From Nitrosopumilus sp. (lineage in GTDB: Archaea; Thermoproteota; Nitrososphaeria; Nitrososphaerales; Nitrosopumilaceae): a stretch of DNA of 64,000 nucleotides. The stretch lies in NCBI GenBank assembly GCA_965207075.1, contig CBDBLO010000002.1:1856001-1920000 (forward strand). The letters are read 5' to 3'. Below, piece after piece: positions 40,842 through 51,535 of this stretch. Every line of letters begins with the position of its first letter. Positions within the stretch are counted from its first letter, which is position 1. The notes beneath the pieces are model-generated. The model made no database searches. It was given only the letters and a program-made list of their open reading frames with translations, and was not told the DNA's origin. Made by a program: the position numbers and the translations under genes.

Positions 40842-41216
40842 CTACCATATCCGCCGCCTCCCCGACTGGTACAGCGCAAACGCCATTGCGCCAAACATTA
40901 TCCCGAGAAACCCTATCATCGGCAGGGTCGCGCTCTTTGGGAGCTCGAAGAGCGAGCTGCCCCACGCGTACAGAAATATGGCCATCACGTCAAACACCAC
41001 GAACATCAGGATGTACGGATAGTACTGCATCATAAAGTGCGTGCGGCCCTCCCCCGACGGCACCTGGCCGCACTCCATGGGCAGGAACTTTACCGGGTTG
41101 CTGCGCTTCCGGGGCGACACCATGCGGGACACGAATAGGGCGGGGGCCATTGCGGCCGCGGCGAAGCCGAACATCAGTACTACAGTGCTGTAATTTCCCG
41201 CCAACTCCCCGACCAT
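40842..41216 (-). CDS. nuoA: Complex I subunit A
   Basis: MECG and FVVFDV motifs, 3 TM; start chosen at the ATG at 41216. Confidence 0.93.
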   Translation of the reverse strand: MVGELAGNYSTVVLMFGFAAAAMAPALFVSRMVSPRKRSNPVKFLPMECGQVPSGEGRTHFMMQYYPYILMFVVFDVMAIFLYAWGSSLFELPKSATLPMIGFLGIMFGAMAFALYQSGRRRIW

Positions 41217-41219
41217 AAT

Positions 41220-41300
41220 TAGATTGTGGCTCTGATTTTTGTATAAAAAGCTATCCTTTAAATTTGAAATATAGGCATAAAAAATGTACTCATAATTTTC
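41220..41300 (-). promoter_or_regulatory. AT-rich promoter region of the nuo operon (TATA CTTTTTATA on the minus strand at ~41242-41250)
   Basis: Conspicuous AT island ~25-35 nt upstream of the nuoA ATG. Confidence 0.6.
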
Positions 41301-41614
41301 CACCGATCAACGGGCGGGGCGCCGGTATTTCCACCGGGACGGGTCCGGCCCGCGTATCGCGCCCGGAGCCGTCTTGGTTGTAGCCGTTACCTCAGGGCCA
41401 GCCTGTACCAAGCAGGGCACACTATCCATGCCAAGCGCTGGGCATCACAAGGCCGACGGGCATCGGGCGTCGTGCGACGTAACTGACCGTCGCGTGGCAG
41501 CAACATCGGTGGCATTGGCAGCGCCTGCACGGCGGGATCAGGCATGGGCAAAGAACAGGCAAAAAGTACGCCTTGGCACATGTGATAAAAACCACGAAAT
41601 GAGACGGCAGGGTC

Positions 41615-42085
41615 CTAGCCCTTTATGTAGTTCTTGATCTCGGCATAGTCCGGCTCCTCCAAGGGGTTGTCGGTCACCCACTTGTATCCGATTCGGCCGT
41701 CCTCGTTTATCACAAAGACCGAGCGCTTTGCGGCGTTATAGTCCTTGATGTGCAAGAGATCCTTCATCAGCACGTCGTAGTCCCTTATCGTCTTGCTGTT
41801 GTAGTCGGACAGGAACGGGAATGTGTAGTTGTTTGCGGCCGCGAACGCCTTGTTTGCAAACGGCCCGTCGTTGCTGACCGCCACGACCTGCGCGCCCGCA
41901 TCGGAGATCTCCTGCCACGAGTCCCTCAGGGTGCACAGCTCCGTCTCGCACACGGGGGAGCTTGCCGCGACAATAAACGTCAAAACAACCTTTTTCTCGC
42001 CGGTGAACTCGCCTAGGCTCCGCATCTTCAGATCCGTGTCCGGAAGCTCAAAGTCCGGGGCGGCGTCGCCAACGTTCAGGGTCAT
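41615..42085 (-). CDS. Peroxiredoxin (BCP/AhpC-TSA family)
   Basis: GDAAPDF.L, SPVC..ELC, AKRSVFVI. Confidence 0.9.
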   Translation of the reverse strand: MTLNVGDAAPDFELPDTDLKMRSLGEFTGEKKVVLTFIVAASSPVCETELCTLRDSWQEISDAGAQVVAVSNDGPFANKAFAAANNYTFPFLSDYNSKTIRDYDVLMKDLLHIKDYNAAKRSVFVINEDGRIGYKWVTDNPLEEPDYAEIKNYIKG

Positions 42086-42211
42086 TGCATGCATGCCTTT
42101 TCACGCTCTATAAAGGTCTTAAAAGACGCCGCACTGTAAGAGGGCGGCGGCGGTGGCGAAAGCCGCACGGACCGGTGAGTGGCGCCGTCCTGCCGGCGCA
42201 AGTATGAATGA

Positions 42212-42288
42212 TGGTGGGGACGGTGGGACTTGAACCCACGATCTCCAGCGCCCGAGGCTGGCAGTCTACCAAGCTAACCTACGTCCCC
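42212..42288 (-). tRNA. tRNA-Pro(CGG), CCA encoded
   Basis: GGGGACG acceptor, CCAGC-CTCGGGC-GCTGG anticodon arm, TTCAAGT T-loop. Confidence 0.96.
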
Positions 42289-42392
42289 AAGCAGGTTTGC
42301 AGGCATTACAATATGAACCAACTAGGATCGGCGGAGTGCACCGATAAAGGCAGACAGCCAGATGCAATGCCGCACGGAAGGTCGGCAGCTTC

Positions 42393-42920
42393 TTAATTGA
42401 TCTCGGCTATCGTGTCGCCCTTTGCGACCGTGGCAGACTCCCTTATCTTGATGGATCCCACGGTGCCGTCCTTGTGCGCCTTTACTGCCACCTGCATCTT
42501 CATCGACTCCAGGGTGCATACCACGTCGCCCTTTGCGACCGTGTCGCCCTCGGACACGGCGACCGATACGACCTTGCCGGGAATCTGGCTCTTCAGGGAG
42601 GACTGGGCTCCGCCGCCTGCACCGTCCGCGCCCGCGCCGCCGGAGTTCTTGTATACTATATCATCAAAGCCCGCGTGCATGCCAAGCGACATCTCCACAC
42701 CGTCGACGATCATGGATATCTCGCGGGTGGCGCGGGAGACGTACCTTGCCTTGTGGTACACATCATCAAGCATGAACTCGATGCCAGTCGACGTGACGCG
42801 AAGGACGCGAAGCTTGCGGTCGGCCCCGTTTATCCGGACCGTGTACTCGCCGCCTCCAAGCGGCTCGCCCATGCCGGCGTCCATCCCCTTGGCGTCGACC
42901 CCGTCTATTGAGAATTTCAT
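42393..42920 (-). CDS. accB: Biotin carboxyl carrier protein of acetyl/propionyl-CoA carboxylase
   Basis: LESMKM biotinylation site. Confidence 0.94.
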   Translation of the reverse strand: MKFSIDGVDAKGMDAGMGEPLGGGEYTVRINGADRKLRVLRVTSTGIEFMLDDVYHKARYVSRATREISMIVDGVEMSLGMHAGFDDIVYKNSGGAGADGAGGGAQSSLKSQIPGKVVSVAVSEGDTVAKGDVVCTLESMKMQVAVKAHKDGTVGSIKIRESATVAKGDTIAEIN

Positions 42921-44443
42921 TGCTGCATCCTCCACTGCTCGTGGCGGTGGCCCGCGTCCGCGTCGACTGCGCTGCCGCTGCCGCCGTCGTTGTCGTCCCC
43001 GCTGGCCCTGCTCTTGAGAAACTCCGAGTGCATCACAGCCGCGGCCATGGCCGCGTCCGCCCTTGACTTTTTGTCCTCGGCTATGTCATTTTCAAGCCTC
43101 TCGATCATGTTATACCGCTTCAGGAAGTCAGTAGAGAGCTGCCCCCCCTTGTACTCGTCGGAGCGCAGTATGGTCTTGTAGAGCGGTATGGACGTCTCCA
43201 CCCCGCGTATGTAAAAGTCGTCGAGCGCGACCAGCATCCTGCTGCGGGACTCCTCAAACGTCTGCCCCCACGTCACAAGCTTTGCCATCAGCGAGTCGTA
43301 AAACGGCGAGACCGTGCACCCCGGATACAGGTAGGTGTCGCACCTCACGCCGGGGCCCGCCGGCAGCTCCACGCCCGGGACGGGGCCCGTGGAGGGCGCA
43401 AAGTCCAGAAACGTGTCCTCCGCGTTTATGCGGCACTCGATGGCATACCCGTTCATCACGAGGTCCTTCTGCTTGAACGGCAGGGGCTCCCCGTTTGCGA
43501 TGTCGATCTGCAGCTTCACCAAGTCCAGACCCGACACGTACTCCGTGATGGGGTGCTCCACCTGGAGCCTCGCGTTTATCTCGATAAAGTAGAACTCGCC
43601 CGTATCAGCGCGCAGGAATTCCGCCGTGCCCAGGTTCGTGTAATCGACTGCCTCGGCCGCGTCGCAGACTATGGAGCCCACGCGCTCGCGGGTCTCGGCG
43701 TCGACGACAGGCGACGGGGTCTGCTCTATCAGCTTTTGGTTGCGGCGCTGTATCGAGCATTCGCGCTCAAACAGGTGCACGGTGTTGCCGTGCTTGTCGC
43801 GCGCCATCTGGTACTCGATGTGGCGCGTCTTTTCAAGGAACTTTTCGACCAGTATGGCCGACTTGCCGACTGCGGCAATCGACTCGCCGGTTACAGATTC
43901 GTACCCGGCGCGCAGCTCCTCGTCGTTTGAGGCCAGCCTGATCCCGCGGCCGCCGCCGCCGTACACGGACTTTAGCAGCACCGGATACCCGATGTCGTTT
44001 GCGGTGGACACGGCCTCCTCCACGTCCTTTACCAGGTCCGGGCTGCCCGGCACCGTCGGCACGTCGGCCTTTAGCATCGCGGCCTTGCAGCGCATCTTGT
44101 CGCCGCACAGGTTCATGGAGTCGGCGCTGGGCCCGATAAAGTTGACAGAGTTCTTTTCGCACAGGCGCGCAAAGTCGTCGTTCTCTGAGAGGAACCCGTA
44201 CCCCGGGTGGACCGCGTCGGCGCCCGACTTTTTGATCACGTCGAGCATCTTTTCCTGGTTGAGGTACGACTCGGCGGGGGCCGCCCGGCCTATATGGTAC
44301 GCCTCGCCTGCCTGCTTTACGTGCAGCGAGTTGGTGTCCTCGTCGGAGTATACCGCGACAGTCCCGATCCCGAGCGCGCGGCAGGTGCGTATCACCCGCA
44401 GCGCGATCTCGCCCCTGTTTGCGATCAGTACCTTTTCGATCAT
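42917..44443 (-). CDS. accC: Biotin carboxylase subunit
   Basis: LIANRGEIA, HPGYGFLSEN, GGGGRG, ERECSIQRR, RLQVEHP. Confidence 0.97.
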   Translation of the reverse strand: MIEKVLIANRGEIALRVIRTCRALGIGTVAVYSDEDTNSLHVKQAGEAYHIGRAAPAESYLNQEKMLDVIKKSGADAVHPGYGFLSENDDFARLCEKNSVNFIGPSADSMNLCGDKMRCKAAMLKADVPTVPGSPDLVKDVEEAVSTANDIGYPVLLKSVYGGGGRGIRLASNDEELRAGYESVTGESIAAVGKSAILVEKFLEKTRHIEYQMARDKHGNTVHLFERECSIQRRNQKLIEQTPSPVVDAETRERVGSIVCDAAEAVDYTNLGTAEFLRADTGEFYFIEINARLQVEHPITEYVSGLDLVKLQIDIANGEPLPFKQKDLVMNGYAIECRINAEDTFLDFAPSTGPVPGVELPAGPGVRCDTYLYPGCTVSPFYDSLMAKLVTWGQTFEESRSRMLVALDDFYIRGVETSIPLYKTILRSDEYKGGQLSTDFLKRYNMIERLENDIAEDKKSRADAAMAAAVMHSEFLKSRASGDDNDGGSGSAVDADAGHRHEQWRMQQ

Positions 44444-44510
44444 GCGAGGCTAGCCTCCATTCCACTCCCGCTGTAGCAACCGGAACTCACCATACAACCA
44501 CCACATCATA

Positions 44511-46058
44511 TTACAGGTTTATGTTCCCGTGCTTGCGCGACAGCTGCTTTTCGCGCTTGCCTGCAAGCATGTGCAGCGCCTTTATGAGCATGGGCCGGGT
44601 CTCGGCCGGATCGATCACGTTGTCCACGGTGCCGTGCGAGGCTGCCACGTACGGGTTCTCGAACTTTTCTACAAACTCGTCCACCAGTCCCTTGCTGAGC
44701 GACTCGGCGTCGTCTGCCGCCTGCAGCTCCTTGCGGTACATTATCTTGACTGCGGCCTCCCCGCCCAAAACGGCGCACCTGGCCGTGGGCCACGCATAGT
44801 TGATGTCCGTGCGCAGGTTCTTGCTTGCCATCGCGATGTACGCGCCGCCGTACGCCTTGCCCACCACCAGCGCGATCTTCGGGACGGTGGCCTCGCAGTA
44901 CGCGTACAGCAGCTTGGAGCCGTGCCGGATTATCCCGTTGTGCTCCTGGTTCGAGCCGGGCATGTACCCCGGAGTGTCCACCAGCGTTATGATCGGTATG
45001 GAGAACGCGTCGCAGAACCTGACGAACCGGGCGGCCTTGTTTGAGGAGTCGATGTCGAGCGCGCCGGCCAGGTGCATCGGGTTATTTGCCACTATCCCGA
45101 CCACCTTGCCGTCCATCCTCGCGTACCCCACTATGATGTTGGGCGCAAAGAGCTCGTGGACCTCGAAGAACTCGTTGTTGTCGACGATCTTGGTTATTAT
45201 CTCCTTCATGTCGTACGGCTCAAGCGGGTTTTCCGGGAGTATGTTTATGAGGTTGTGGTCGAGCCTGTTGGGATCGTCGTCGGACTTTACGGGCTCGGGG
45301 CCGCGCGAGTTGTTCTGCGGCAGGTACGACAAAAGGCGGCGTATGTAGTCCATGCAGTCGTACTCGTTGCTCGCGACAAAGTGGGCCACCCCGCTCTTGG
45401 TGCCGTGGGTCACCGCCCCGCCCAGGTCGTCAAATGATATCTCCTCGCCCAGCACGGTCTTCACCACGTCGGGGCCGGTCACGAACATGGTGCCGGCCTT
45501 TTGGACCATGATGACAAAGTCGGTCATGGCCGGCGAGTACACCGAGCCGCCCGCCGACGGGCCTATGCTGGCAGTTATCTGGGGGACGACGCCGGACGCG
45601 AGCTGGTTGTGGTAGAATATGTCCGCGAACCCGTCCAGGCTCATTATGCCCTCCTGTATGCGGGCCCCCCCGGAGTCCATTATCCCCACGACCGGGCACC
45701 CGGTGCGGACCGCGTGGTCCATAAGTTTCGTAATCTTCTTTGCCCCCATGTTGCTGAGCGTCCCGCCCAGCACGGTAAAGTCGTACGCGAATACGAACGT
45801 CTGCCGGCCCGCTATCTTGCCGTACCCCCCGACGACCCCGTCTGTAAAGTATTTCTTCTTCTGCATGTCGTACTCGTGGTAGTGGTGCGTGGCAAGCGGA
45901 TCCACCTCGACGAACGTCCCCTCGTCAAGCAGCAGGTCTATGCGCTCGCGGGCTGTCAGCTTGCCCTTTTCATGCTGGGCCTTTGTCCGGTCGGGCCCTC
46001 CGCCCTGCAGCGCCGTCTCGCGGTGCTGCCTAAACTTGTTGATTTTTTCAGAATGCAC
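44511..46058 (-). CDS. Acetyl/propionyl-CoA carboxyltransferase subunit (3HP/4HB cycle)
   Basis: KLTARERI, DSGGARIQEG, DTPGY.PG, AYGGAY, KHGNINL. Confidence 0.96.
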   Translation of the reverse strand: MHSEKINKFRQHRETALQGGGPDRTKAQHEKGKLTARERIDLLLDEGTFVEVDPLATHHYHEYDMQKKKYFTDGVVGGYGKIAGRQTFVFAYDFTVLGGTLSNMGAKKITKLMDHAVRTGCPVVGIMDSGGARIQEGIMSLDGFADIFYHNQLASGVVPQITASIGPSAGGSVYSPAMTDFVIMVQKAGTMFVTGPDVVKTVLGEEISFDDLGGAVTHGTKSGVAHFVASNEYDCMDYIRRLLSYLPQNNSRGPEPVKSDDDPNRLDHNLINILPENPLEPYDMKEIITKIVDNNEFFEVHELFAPNIIVGYARMDGKVVGIVANNPMHLAGALDIDSSNKAARFVRFCDAFSIPIITLVDTPGYMPGSNQEHNGIIRHGSKLLYAYCEATVPKIALVVGKAYGGAYIAMASKNLRTDINYAWPTARCAVLGGEAAVKIMYRKELQAADDAESLSKGLVDEFVEKFENPYVAASHGTVDNVIDPAETRPMLIKALHMLAGKREKQLSRKHGNINL

Positions 46059-46208
46059 TATGAGACGGGTTTAGTGCAGGTTTATATATCAAACTAGATT
46101 TTCGGGCTTTTTCTTTGTGGTGTGCCGTTTGCAGACGAGTCCGGCCGCGTCATGCCAGGCCGCCGTGCCAGGCCGCCGTGGGCCGGGGCCGCGCGGCATG
46201 CAGGTAGG

Positions 46209-46583
46209 TCAGCCCTGCAGGAGCGGGGGAAACCTGCTGCCCGTCGACTTTTGGTAAAGGCTCATCACGTCACCCTTCTGGCTGCAGTCATGGCACAGGC
46301 AGTTGGGCGAGACGTTGGGTATGTCGCAGCTGTCCTGGAACTCGCACTCTTGGCATCCGGCAGGCTTGCCGCACACCGCGCACGATATCCTGCCCGCGGG
46401 CCCCTCCTTGCTGCCGTCGTCGCCGTCGACTCCGGCGCAGCCAAGGTGCTTGACCCCGGCCCCCTTGGACCACATCCCTTGTTGGCCGGCGAGGATCGGC
46501 TTCGAGCACTCTGTGCACTTGCCCGTAAACTTCATCGTGATCTTTCTCCATTTTTGATCATCCGTGTAATCCGTAAGGCTCAT
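46209..46583 (-). CDS. Cys-rich zinc-binding hypothetical protein
   Basis: CTEC...H..C followed by CAVC..CQEC..C..CLCHDC. Confidence 0.8.
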   Translation of the reverse strand: MSLTDYTDDQKWRKITMKFTGKCTECSKPILAGQQGMWSKGAGVKHLGCAGVDGDDGSKEGPAGRISCAVCGKPAGCQECEFQDSCDIPNVSPNCLCHDCSQKGDVMSLYQKSTGSRFPPLLQG

Positions 46584-46643
46584 CCGAGATGCCTCCCCTC
46601 CAAATACAATGGCCCGCGCGCGGTGCGGTGGCGGCGGCGCATA

Positions 46644-47921
46644 CTATCCCCTTGACGCCCCAAGCCTCGCGGCCTCCTTTGCGATAATCTCCCCGCTCTC
46701 ATCCTCCTTCGGGTCCGGCGTCACAATGGCGCCCGACTTCATGCAGTGCAGCATGTATGGCAGAAACATAGAGCCAAACGTGCTTGCAGACACGTGCAGC
46801 GCCGGCCTCACTGCGGCCGCAAGCGCCCTTATCTTGGCGCCGTCAAACCGGATGCGCGTCAGGAGAGGCCATGGCAGGTTGTACTTGGCGTACTTTATCG
46901 CCGCGGCCGCGCCGCCGGATCCAGAGGCGCCCGACGGTCCCGCTCCCTTGGTTGCTGCTGCTGCTGCCGCTGCTGTAACGCCGTACATGCCCAGCAGCAA
47001 ACCGTCCAGATACCGGAGCAGCCTCCAGTTCTGCGTGCGCATGATACGGCCGTACAGCACGTCGGCATCCGATATGATACGGAGCAGCTCGGCCATCACG
47101 GCGGGATCAAGCCCCCTGCTTGTCACCACGCTGGAGTAGAACGCGGCAATCTTCTCACGCGGGTCGGACTGCATGCGCCGCAGCACGCCGGCCGCTTCCT
47201 CCGCGGACTCGGCCCCGAAGAACGCCGGCACCGCCTGTTCCGCTGCAAGCACGTCATCCGGCGTCTCCGTCTGCGGGTTGAACCCGGTCGCGTACGACTG
47301 CGCTAGGTTCATCATGGAGCGTATGTCGCCCCTCGACCTGTTGACGATCTTGATGAGCATCCCGTACCCGACCCTCTTGGAGGGGCCGTCAGGCGAGCCG
47401 GCATCCTCGGACTTCAGCACGCCCTCCAGGTACGCCCGCAGCAGGCGGGGCGGGACGCGGCGGAACCTCACCGTGGTGGCCGCCTTTGTCACGGGCTTCA
47501 TCTTGTCGTGGGTGTCGTCGTTTGCGGCAAGTATTATCGGCACCGACGTGCGCTTCATTATGTCGACCAGCGCGGCCGAGCCGCCGTAGTCGCTGCGCCC
47601 GTGTATCCCGTCCACCTCGTCGATGAATATCATCGCGGGCCTGCCCGTTACGGCGGCGTTTCCCAGGACGGGTTCGAGAATCTCGCTTATCTTTGACTTG
47701 CTGCGCACGTCGCTTGCGTTGAGGCCTATCATGTCGTACCCGAACTGTTCGGCAAGCAGGAACGCCATCGTGGTCTTGCCCACGCCGGGGGGGCCCACGA
47801 GCAGCAGGGGCTTTGTGCCCGCCTTCCACTTTGCAAGCCACGTGACGATGGCCGCGCGGGGCTCCTCGTTTCCGACCATGTCGCGCACGGAGGAGGGGCG
47901 GTGCTTTTCGGACCACATCAT
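46644..47921 (-). CDS. rfcL: Replication factor C large subunit
   Basis: WSEKHRP, GPPGVGKT, LNASD.R, DEVDG, GDIRS. Confidence 0.94.
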   Translation of the reverse strand: MMWSEKHRPSSVRDMVGNEEPRAAIVTWLAKWKAGTKPLLLVGPPGVGKTTMAFLLAEQFGYDMIGLNASDVRSKSKISEILEPVLGNAAVTGRPAMIFIDEVDGIHGRSDYGGSAALVDIMKRTSVPIILAANDDTHDKMKPVTKAATTVRFRRVPPRLLRAYLEGVLKSEDAGSPDGPSKRVGYGMLIKIVNRSRGDIRSMMNLAQSYATGFNPQTETPDDVLAAEQAVPAFFGAESAEEAAGVLRRMQSDPREKIAAFYSSVVTSRGLDPAVMAELLRIISDADVLYGRIMRTQNWRLLRYLDGLLLGMYGVTAAAAAAATKGAGPSGASGSGGAAAAIKYAKYNLPWPLLTRIRFDGAKIRALAAAVRPALHVSASTFGSMFLPYMLHCMKSGAIVTPDPKEDESGEIIAKEAARLGASRG

Positions 47922-47957
47922 GGTTCGGGTGCGCCCTCCCGTCCTTCCCCCTTCATG

Positions 47958-49115
47958 TTACTCTGCCTTCCCTGTACCGTCCGCGCCGCCGCTACCGCGC
48001 GCCGGCAGGCTGGAGTCAAACTCGTCCCACGCGCCAAGCTGCAGCAGCCTGTCGTACCAGTACCTGTTGTAGTGCTCCATCGTAACAAACAGGAACTCCA
48101 AGAGCTCCGTGGCCTCGAACTCCTCGGGCAGCAGCGATATCGCAAGGCGCGCGTCCTGCAGGTACAGGTCACCCTTCCGGGCAGCTGCCTCAAAGCCGGC
48201 CTGCGAGCTGCCCGACAGCACCGAATAATACAGAGGCCAGGACGGGACCTTTACCGCGCGGTCCCTTATCGAGTCCTCGATCTCGTTTCCGCACCCCACG
48301 CCCTCGGCGGCCTTTGCCATGCCCAGATAGAATATGTCGCCAAGCGGCCTCTCGGCAAGGGCCATGTTGCGGCCCGCCGTGCCCATCACGGCCCTGTACT
48401 TTTTGTACGAGGTGGTCATGTCGTCCTCGGTTATCTCGCCGGGCGCGGACTTTAGCTGCTCGTCGAGGTCCTGGCCCAGCCGCGCGTCGGCAAAGCCGGC
48501 CTCAAACGATCCGAGTATGGCGTCGCCGCCCCTTGATATGCGGCTCCTTGCAAGGCCCAGTATGTACGGGTTCATGAGGCGGTAGTCGTCCAAGTACTTT
48601 AGGTCCTCGTCCTTGTCGACGATGCGGTCCATCGGTTCGCTGAGGTCGATGGCCATTATGTGGCCCTCCACTATGTCGCGGCGCAGGCCGTCGCCTTGGT
48701 CGTCCCCGCGAAGCGCGGCCGCCCCGTCATATAGCGCGTTGAACACGGGAAACGTCATCTTTACAAAGTTGGAGTCAAGTATGCGGTTCACCCTGACCTG
48801 CAGCTCGTCCATGCTCTGCAAGCGATCCCTGGCCGCGTCCGCGCCGGAGGGGGACAACCCCATCTCAGGCGAGCCCACCTCGTCGGCGAACCTCCTTACG
48901 GTGTCGTGCGGCGAGCCGTCGGAGGATATCGCGCCGTGCAGGTCGGCCGCAAACCGCCGCGCAAAGTCCGCAAAGTTTTCCTCGGCCTCGGTCTTGTACC
49001 TGTCAAACAGCCTGTATCCCTTTGACTTGAAGAGTTTCTGGCGTATCAGCTGCTTGCCGGGCTTTGTGCTTGCTAGCGCCCCCTTGTCAAAGACCGACTG
49101 GTTTTTGCCTAGCAC
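47958..49115 (-). CDS. Conserved hypothetical protein
   Basis: Long ORF with native codon use. GTG start at 49115 inferred from a TATA-like sequence ~25-30 nt upstream; the frame is open to 49232. Confidence 0.75.
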   Translation of the reverse strand: MLGKNQSVFDKGALASTKPGKQLIRQKLFKSKGYRLFDRYKTEAEENFADFARRFAADLHGAISSDGSPHDTVRRFADEVGSPEMGLSPSGADAARDRLQSMDELQVRVNRILDSNFVKMTFPVFNALYDGAAALRGDDQGDGLRRDIVEGHIMAIDLSEPMDRIVDKDEDLKYLDDYRLMNPYILGLARSRISRGGDAILGSFEAGFADARLGQDLDEQLKSAPGEITEDDMTTSYKKYRAVMGTAGRNMALAERPLGDIFYLGMAKAAEGVGCGNEIEDSIRDRAVKVPSWPLYYSVLSGSSQAGFEAAARKGDLYLQDARLAISLLPEEFEATELLEFLFVTMEHYNRYWYDRLLQLGAWDEFDSSLPARGSGGADGTGKAE

Positions 49116-49277
49116 AGTATGCGCGGCGCCGCGTTCGTATTTATGTATTGAAAGAAAAGGCACCGCGCCGGCCGCCCCCTTCCGCTGCTGCGTCCACGCT
49201 GCTGCATCTACCCCGTTGCTGCATCCCTCCATGCTGTCCCTTCTTTCTTTAAATTACGACGTGCCGGACACGTCCTT

Positions 49278-50105
49278 GTGTCGCACGACGTCATAGGGAT
49301 ACTAAAGGAGGCCTCTCGCCTCATATACCAGAATACAAAGGGCATGGCCGGCACGCCGGACGCGGCCGGGAACTACGGCGTGGGGGCCGGCGGCGACGTG
49401 TCGAGGAGAATAGACATCGTGGCAGAAAAGACCGTGCTCGACTTTCTGGAGCGCTCTGGCCTGCCGTGCGTGGTGCTGGGCGAGGAGTGCGGCAGGGTAG
49501 AGCTGTCAGAGGATCCGATCGGCTATGTCATAATGGACGCGATAGACGGCTCTGCAAACGCAGTCAGGGGCGTCCCGTTCTTTTGCAGCTCGCTTGCGTT
49601 TGCCACGGGAGACAGGCTCAGCACCGTGTCTGCCGGCGTCGTGACGGACCTGAGCAACGGCGACATGTACTGGGCCACGGCCGGGGGCGGGGCCTACATG
49701 AACGGCAAGCCCATACACGTCCGCGATACGGATCCCATATACCGTATAGTCGGGGTCAACTTATCCTGGGCGACGCCAGACATGACGGCCAGGATGCAGC
49801 CGCTCTTTGAGGGCAACAACCACATCAGGCACTTTGGCGCAAACGCGCTGGAGATGGCCTTCTTTGCGCGCGGGCTGCTTGACGCCTTTGTGGACATAAG
49901 GGGCATGATACGCATACAGGACATTGCGGCCGGATACATCATAGCAAGGGAGGCCGGCGGCATACTGCTAGACGAGCAGATGAGTCCGCTTGACGCCGGC
50001 CTCGATTATGAAACGCGCATCTCGTTTGTGATGGCGTCAAACAAGGACGCGCTGGACTCCATAGTGACAGGAATGGGCTGGGGAGCCACTGACCGCACCC
50101 CCTAA
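49278..50105 (+). CDS. Fructose-1,6-bisphosphatase / inositol monophosphatase family
   Basis: GEE, DAIDGSAN, DIAAG..I..EAGG. Confidence 0.92.
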   Translation: MSHDVIGILKEASRLIYQNTKGMAGTPDAAGNYGVGAGGDVSRRIDIVAEKTVLDFLERSGLPCVVLGEECGRVELSEDPIGYVIMDAIDGSANAVRGVPFFCSSLAFATGDRLSTVSAGVVTDLSNGDMYWATAGGGAYMNGKPIHVRDTDPIYRIVGVNLSWATPDMTARMQPLFEGNNHIRHFGANALEMAFFARGLLDAFVDIRGMIRIQDIAAGYIIAREAGGILLDEQMSPLDAGLDYETRISFVMASNKDALDSIVTGMGWGATDRTP

Positions 50106-50162
50106 CGGGGCGCCCCGCCGGCGGCAGATGCATTTAAGCGGCCGTGCCGGGTACGCTCCTCG

Positions 50163-51218
50163 TTGAGGGCGGTATACTTTGACGGTGTAGGCGCGCGCAC
50201 GACAAACGACTATCCGGATCCCGGCGCAGGCGGCAATGCCGCTGCAGGAGGCGAATCCACGGTGAGCGTCACGCTTGCCGGCATATGCGGCACCGACCTG
50301 GAGATACTCGACGGGTACATGTCGTACCGCGGGGTGCCCGGACACGAGTTTGTCGGCGTGGTCGAGAGGTCAGGAACGCATGATACGGCGCTGGTGGGAA
50401 AAAGGGTGGCAGGCGAGATCAACGTCGGGTGCGGCCGGTGTGGCAGATGCCAGAGCGGCATGGAGCGCCACTGCCCCGCCCGCACCGTGCTCGGGATACA
50501 GGGCCGCGACGGCGCGTTTGCCGAACGGCTGTCACTGCCTGCAAGAAACCTGCACTACGTGCCCGACTCGGTCTCCGACGAGCAGGCCGTGTTCATCGAG
50601 CCGCTGGCGGCTGCATTTGAGATAAGCGAGCAGGTGCAGGCGGCGGCAGGCGACAGGGCCGCCGTGGTGGGCGACGGGAGGCTTGCCCAGCTGGTATGCC
50701 AGGTGCTCAGGATGTCGCACGGCGACGTTACATGCTTTGGCAGGCATGCAGAAAAGCTGAAGATGCTTGAGAGGTTCGGCATCAGCACGCGCCTGAGGGC
50801 AGGGCCTGCGGGGGAGGGGAATGAGGATGAGAGGGAGAGGAATGGAAACGGGAGCGGCAGCCAAGGCGGCGACGGGACCGCAGACGGCGACAGGCAGGCC
50901 TTTGACATCGTGGTGGACGCAAGCGGCAGCGTGTCCGGCTTCGCAGACGCGATGTATCTGACGAGGCCACGCGGCACGCTGGTCCTAAAGTCCACCACCG
51001 CGTCGGGGAGCGGGGCGGACCTGACGCCGGCCGTGGTACACGAGGTGACGCTGGTCGGCTCCAGATGCGGGGTCTTTGGGCCCGCCATAGAGGCGCTCGC
51101 GACGGGAACGGTGCAGGTCGACCACATGGTGGACTCGACGTTTCCGCTAGACGGGTTTGGGGCCGCCGTCAGGCGCTCAAGGGAAGGCGACGCCCTAAAG
51201 GTCATGCTGAAACCCTAG
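50163..51218 (+). CDS. Zn-dependent alcohol dehydrogenase (MDR family)
   Basis: GICGTD, GHEFVG, CGRCGRC...C, EPLAAA. Confidence 0.93.
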   Translation: MRAVYFDGVGARTTNDYPDPGAGGNAAAGGESTVSVTLAGICGTDLEILDGYMSYRGVPGHEFVGVVERSGTHDTALVGKRVAGEINVGCGRCGRCQSGMERHCPARTVLGIQGRDGAFAERLSLPARNLHYVPDSVSDEQAVFIEPLAAAFEISEQVQAAAGDRAAVVGDGRLAQLVCQVLRMSHGDVTCFGRHAEKLKMLERFGISTRLRAGPAGEGNEDERERNGNGSGSQGGDGTADGDRQAFDIVVDASGSVSGFADAMYLTRPRGTLVLKSTTASGSGADLTPAVVHEVTLVGSRCGVFGPAIEALATGTVQVDHMVDSTFPLDGFGAAVRRSREGDALKVMLKP

Positions 51219-51244
51219 CCGCGCGGCGCGGTGCTTTTAGCGCG

Positions 51245-51535
51245 CTAGCCCGTGCCGTCGCGCGGCGTGACGCTCCCAGATTCGACGTCCACGTCTAGTA
51301 CAGATACCGATATGTTGTCGCGCTTTCTTATCTCCTCGAGCTCCTCCATCGTAAGGTCGATTTCGCCGGGGTTTGAGATCTTGTCGGGAAGAAAGTCGGG
51401 CTTGGGTCCCCCCTTAAAGTTCCACATCACCATCTTGTCTGAGACGTCGATGTCCTTGAAGATGACCATGTCGGCATCCTCGCGCCGCGTGGCGTGCTCC
51501 CCGCCCGCTGCATGGTACGTGAACTCAAGCGTCAT
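51245..51535 (-). CDS. Hypothetical protein
   Basis: 96-aa acidic ORF with a TATA-like stretch upstream on the minus strand (~51557-51570). Confidence 0.6.
   Translation of the reverse strand: MTLEFTYHAAGGEHATRREDADMVIFKDIDVSDKMVMWNFKGGPKPDFLPDKISNPGEIDLTMEELEEIRKRDNISVSVLDVDVESGSVTPRDGTG

Noticed and set aside
30144-41216. Absence of nuoEFG and the M-before-L order as a novelty
   Set aside because: This is the established arrangement of thaumarchaeal complex I.
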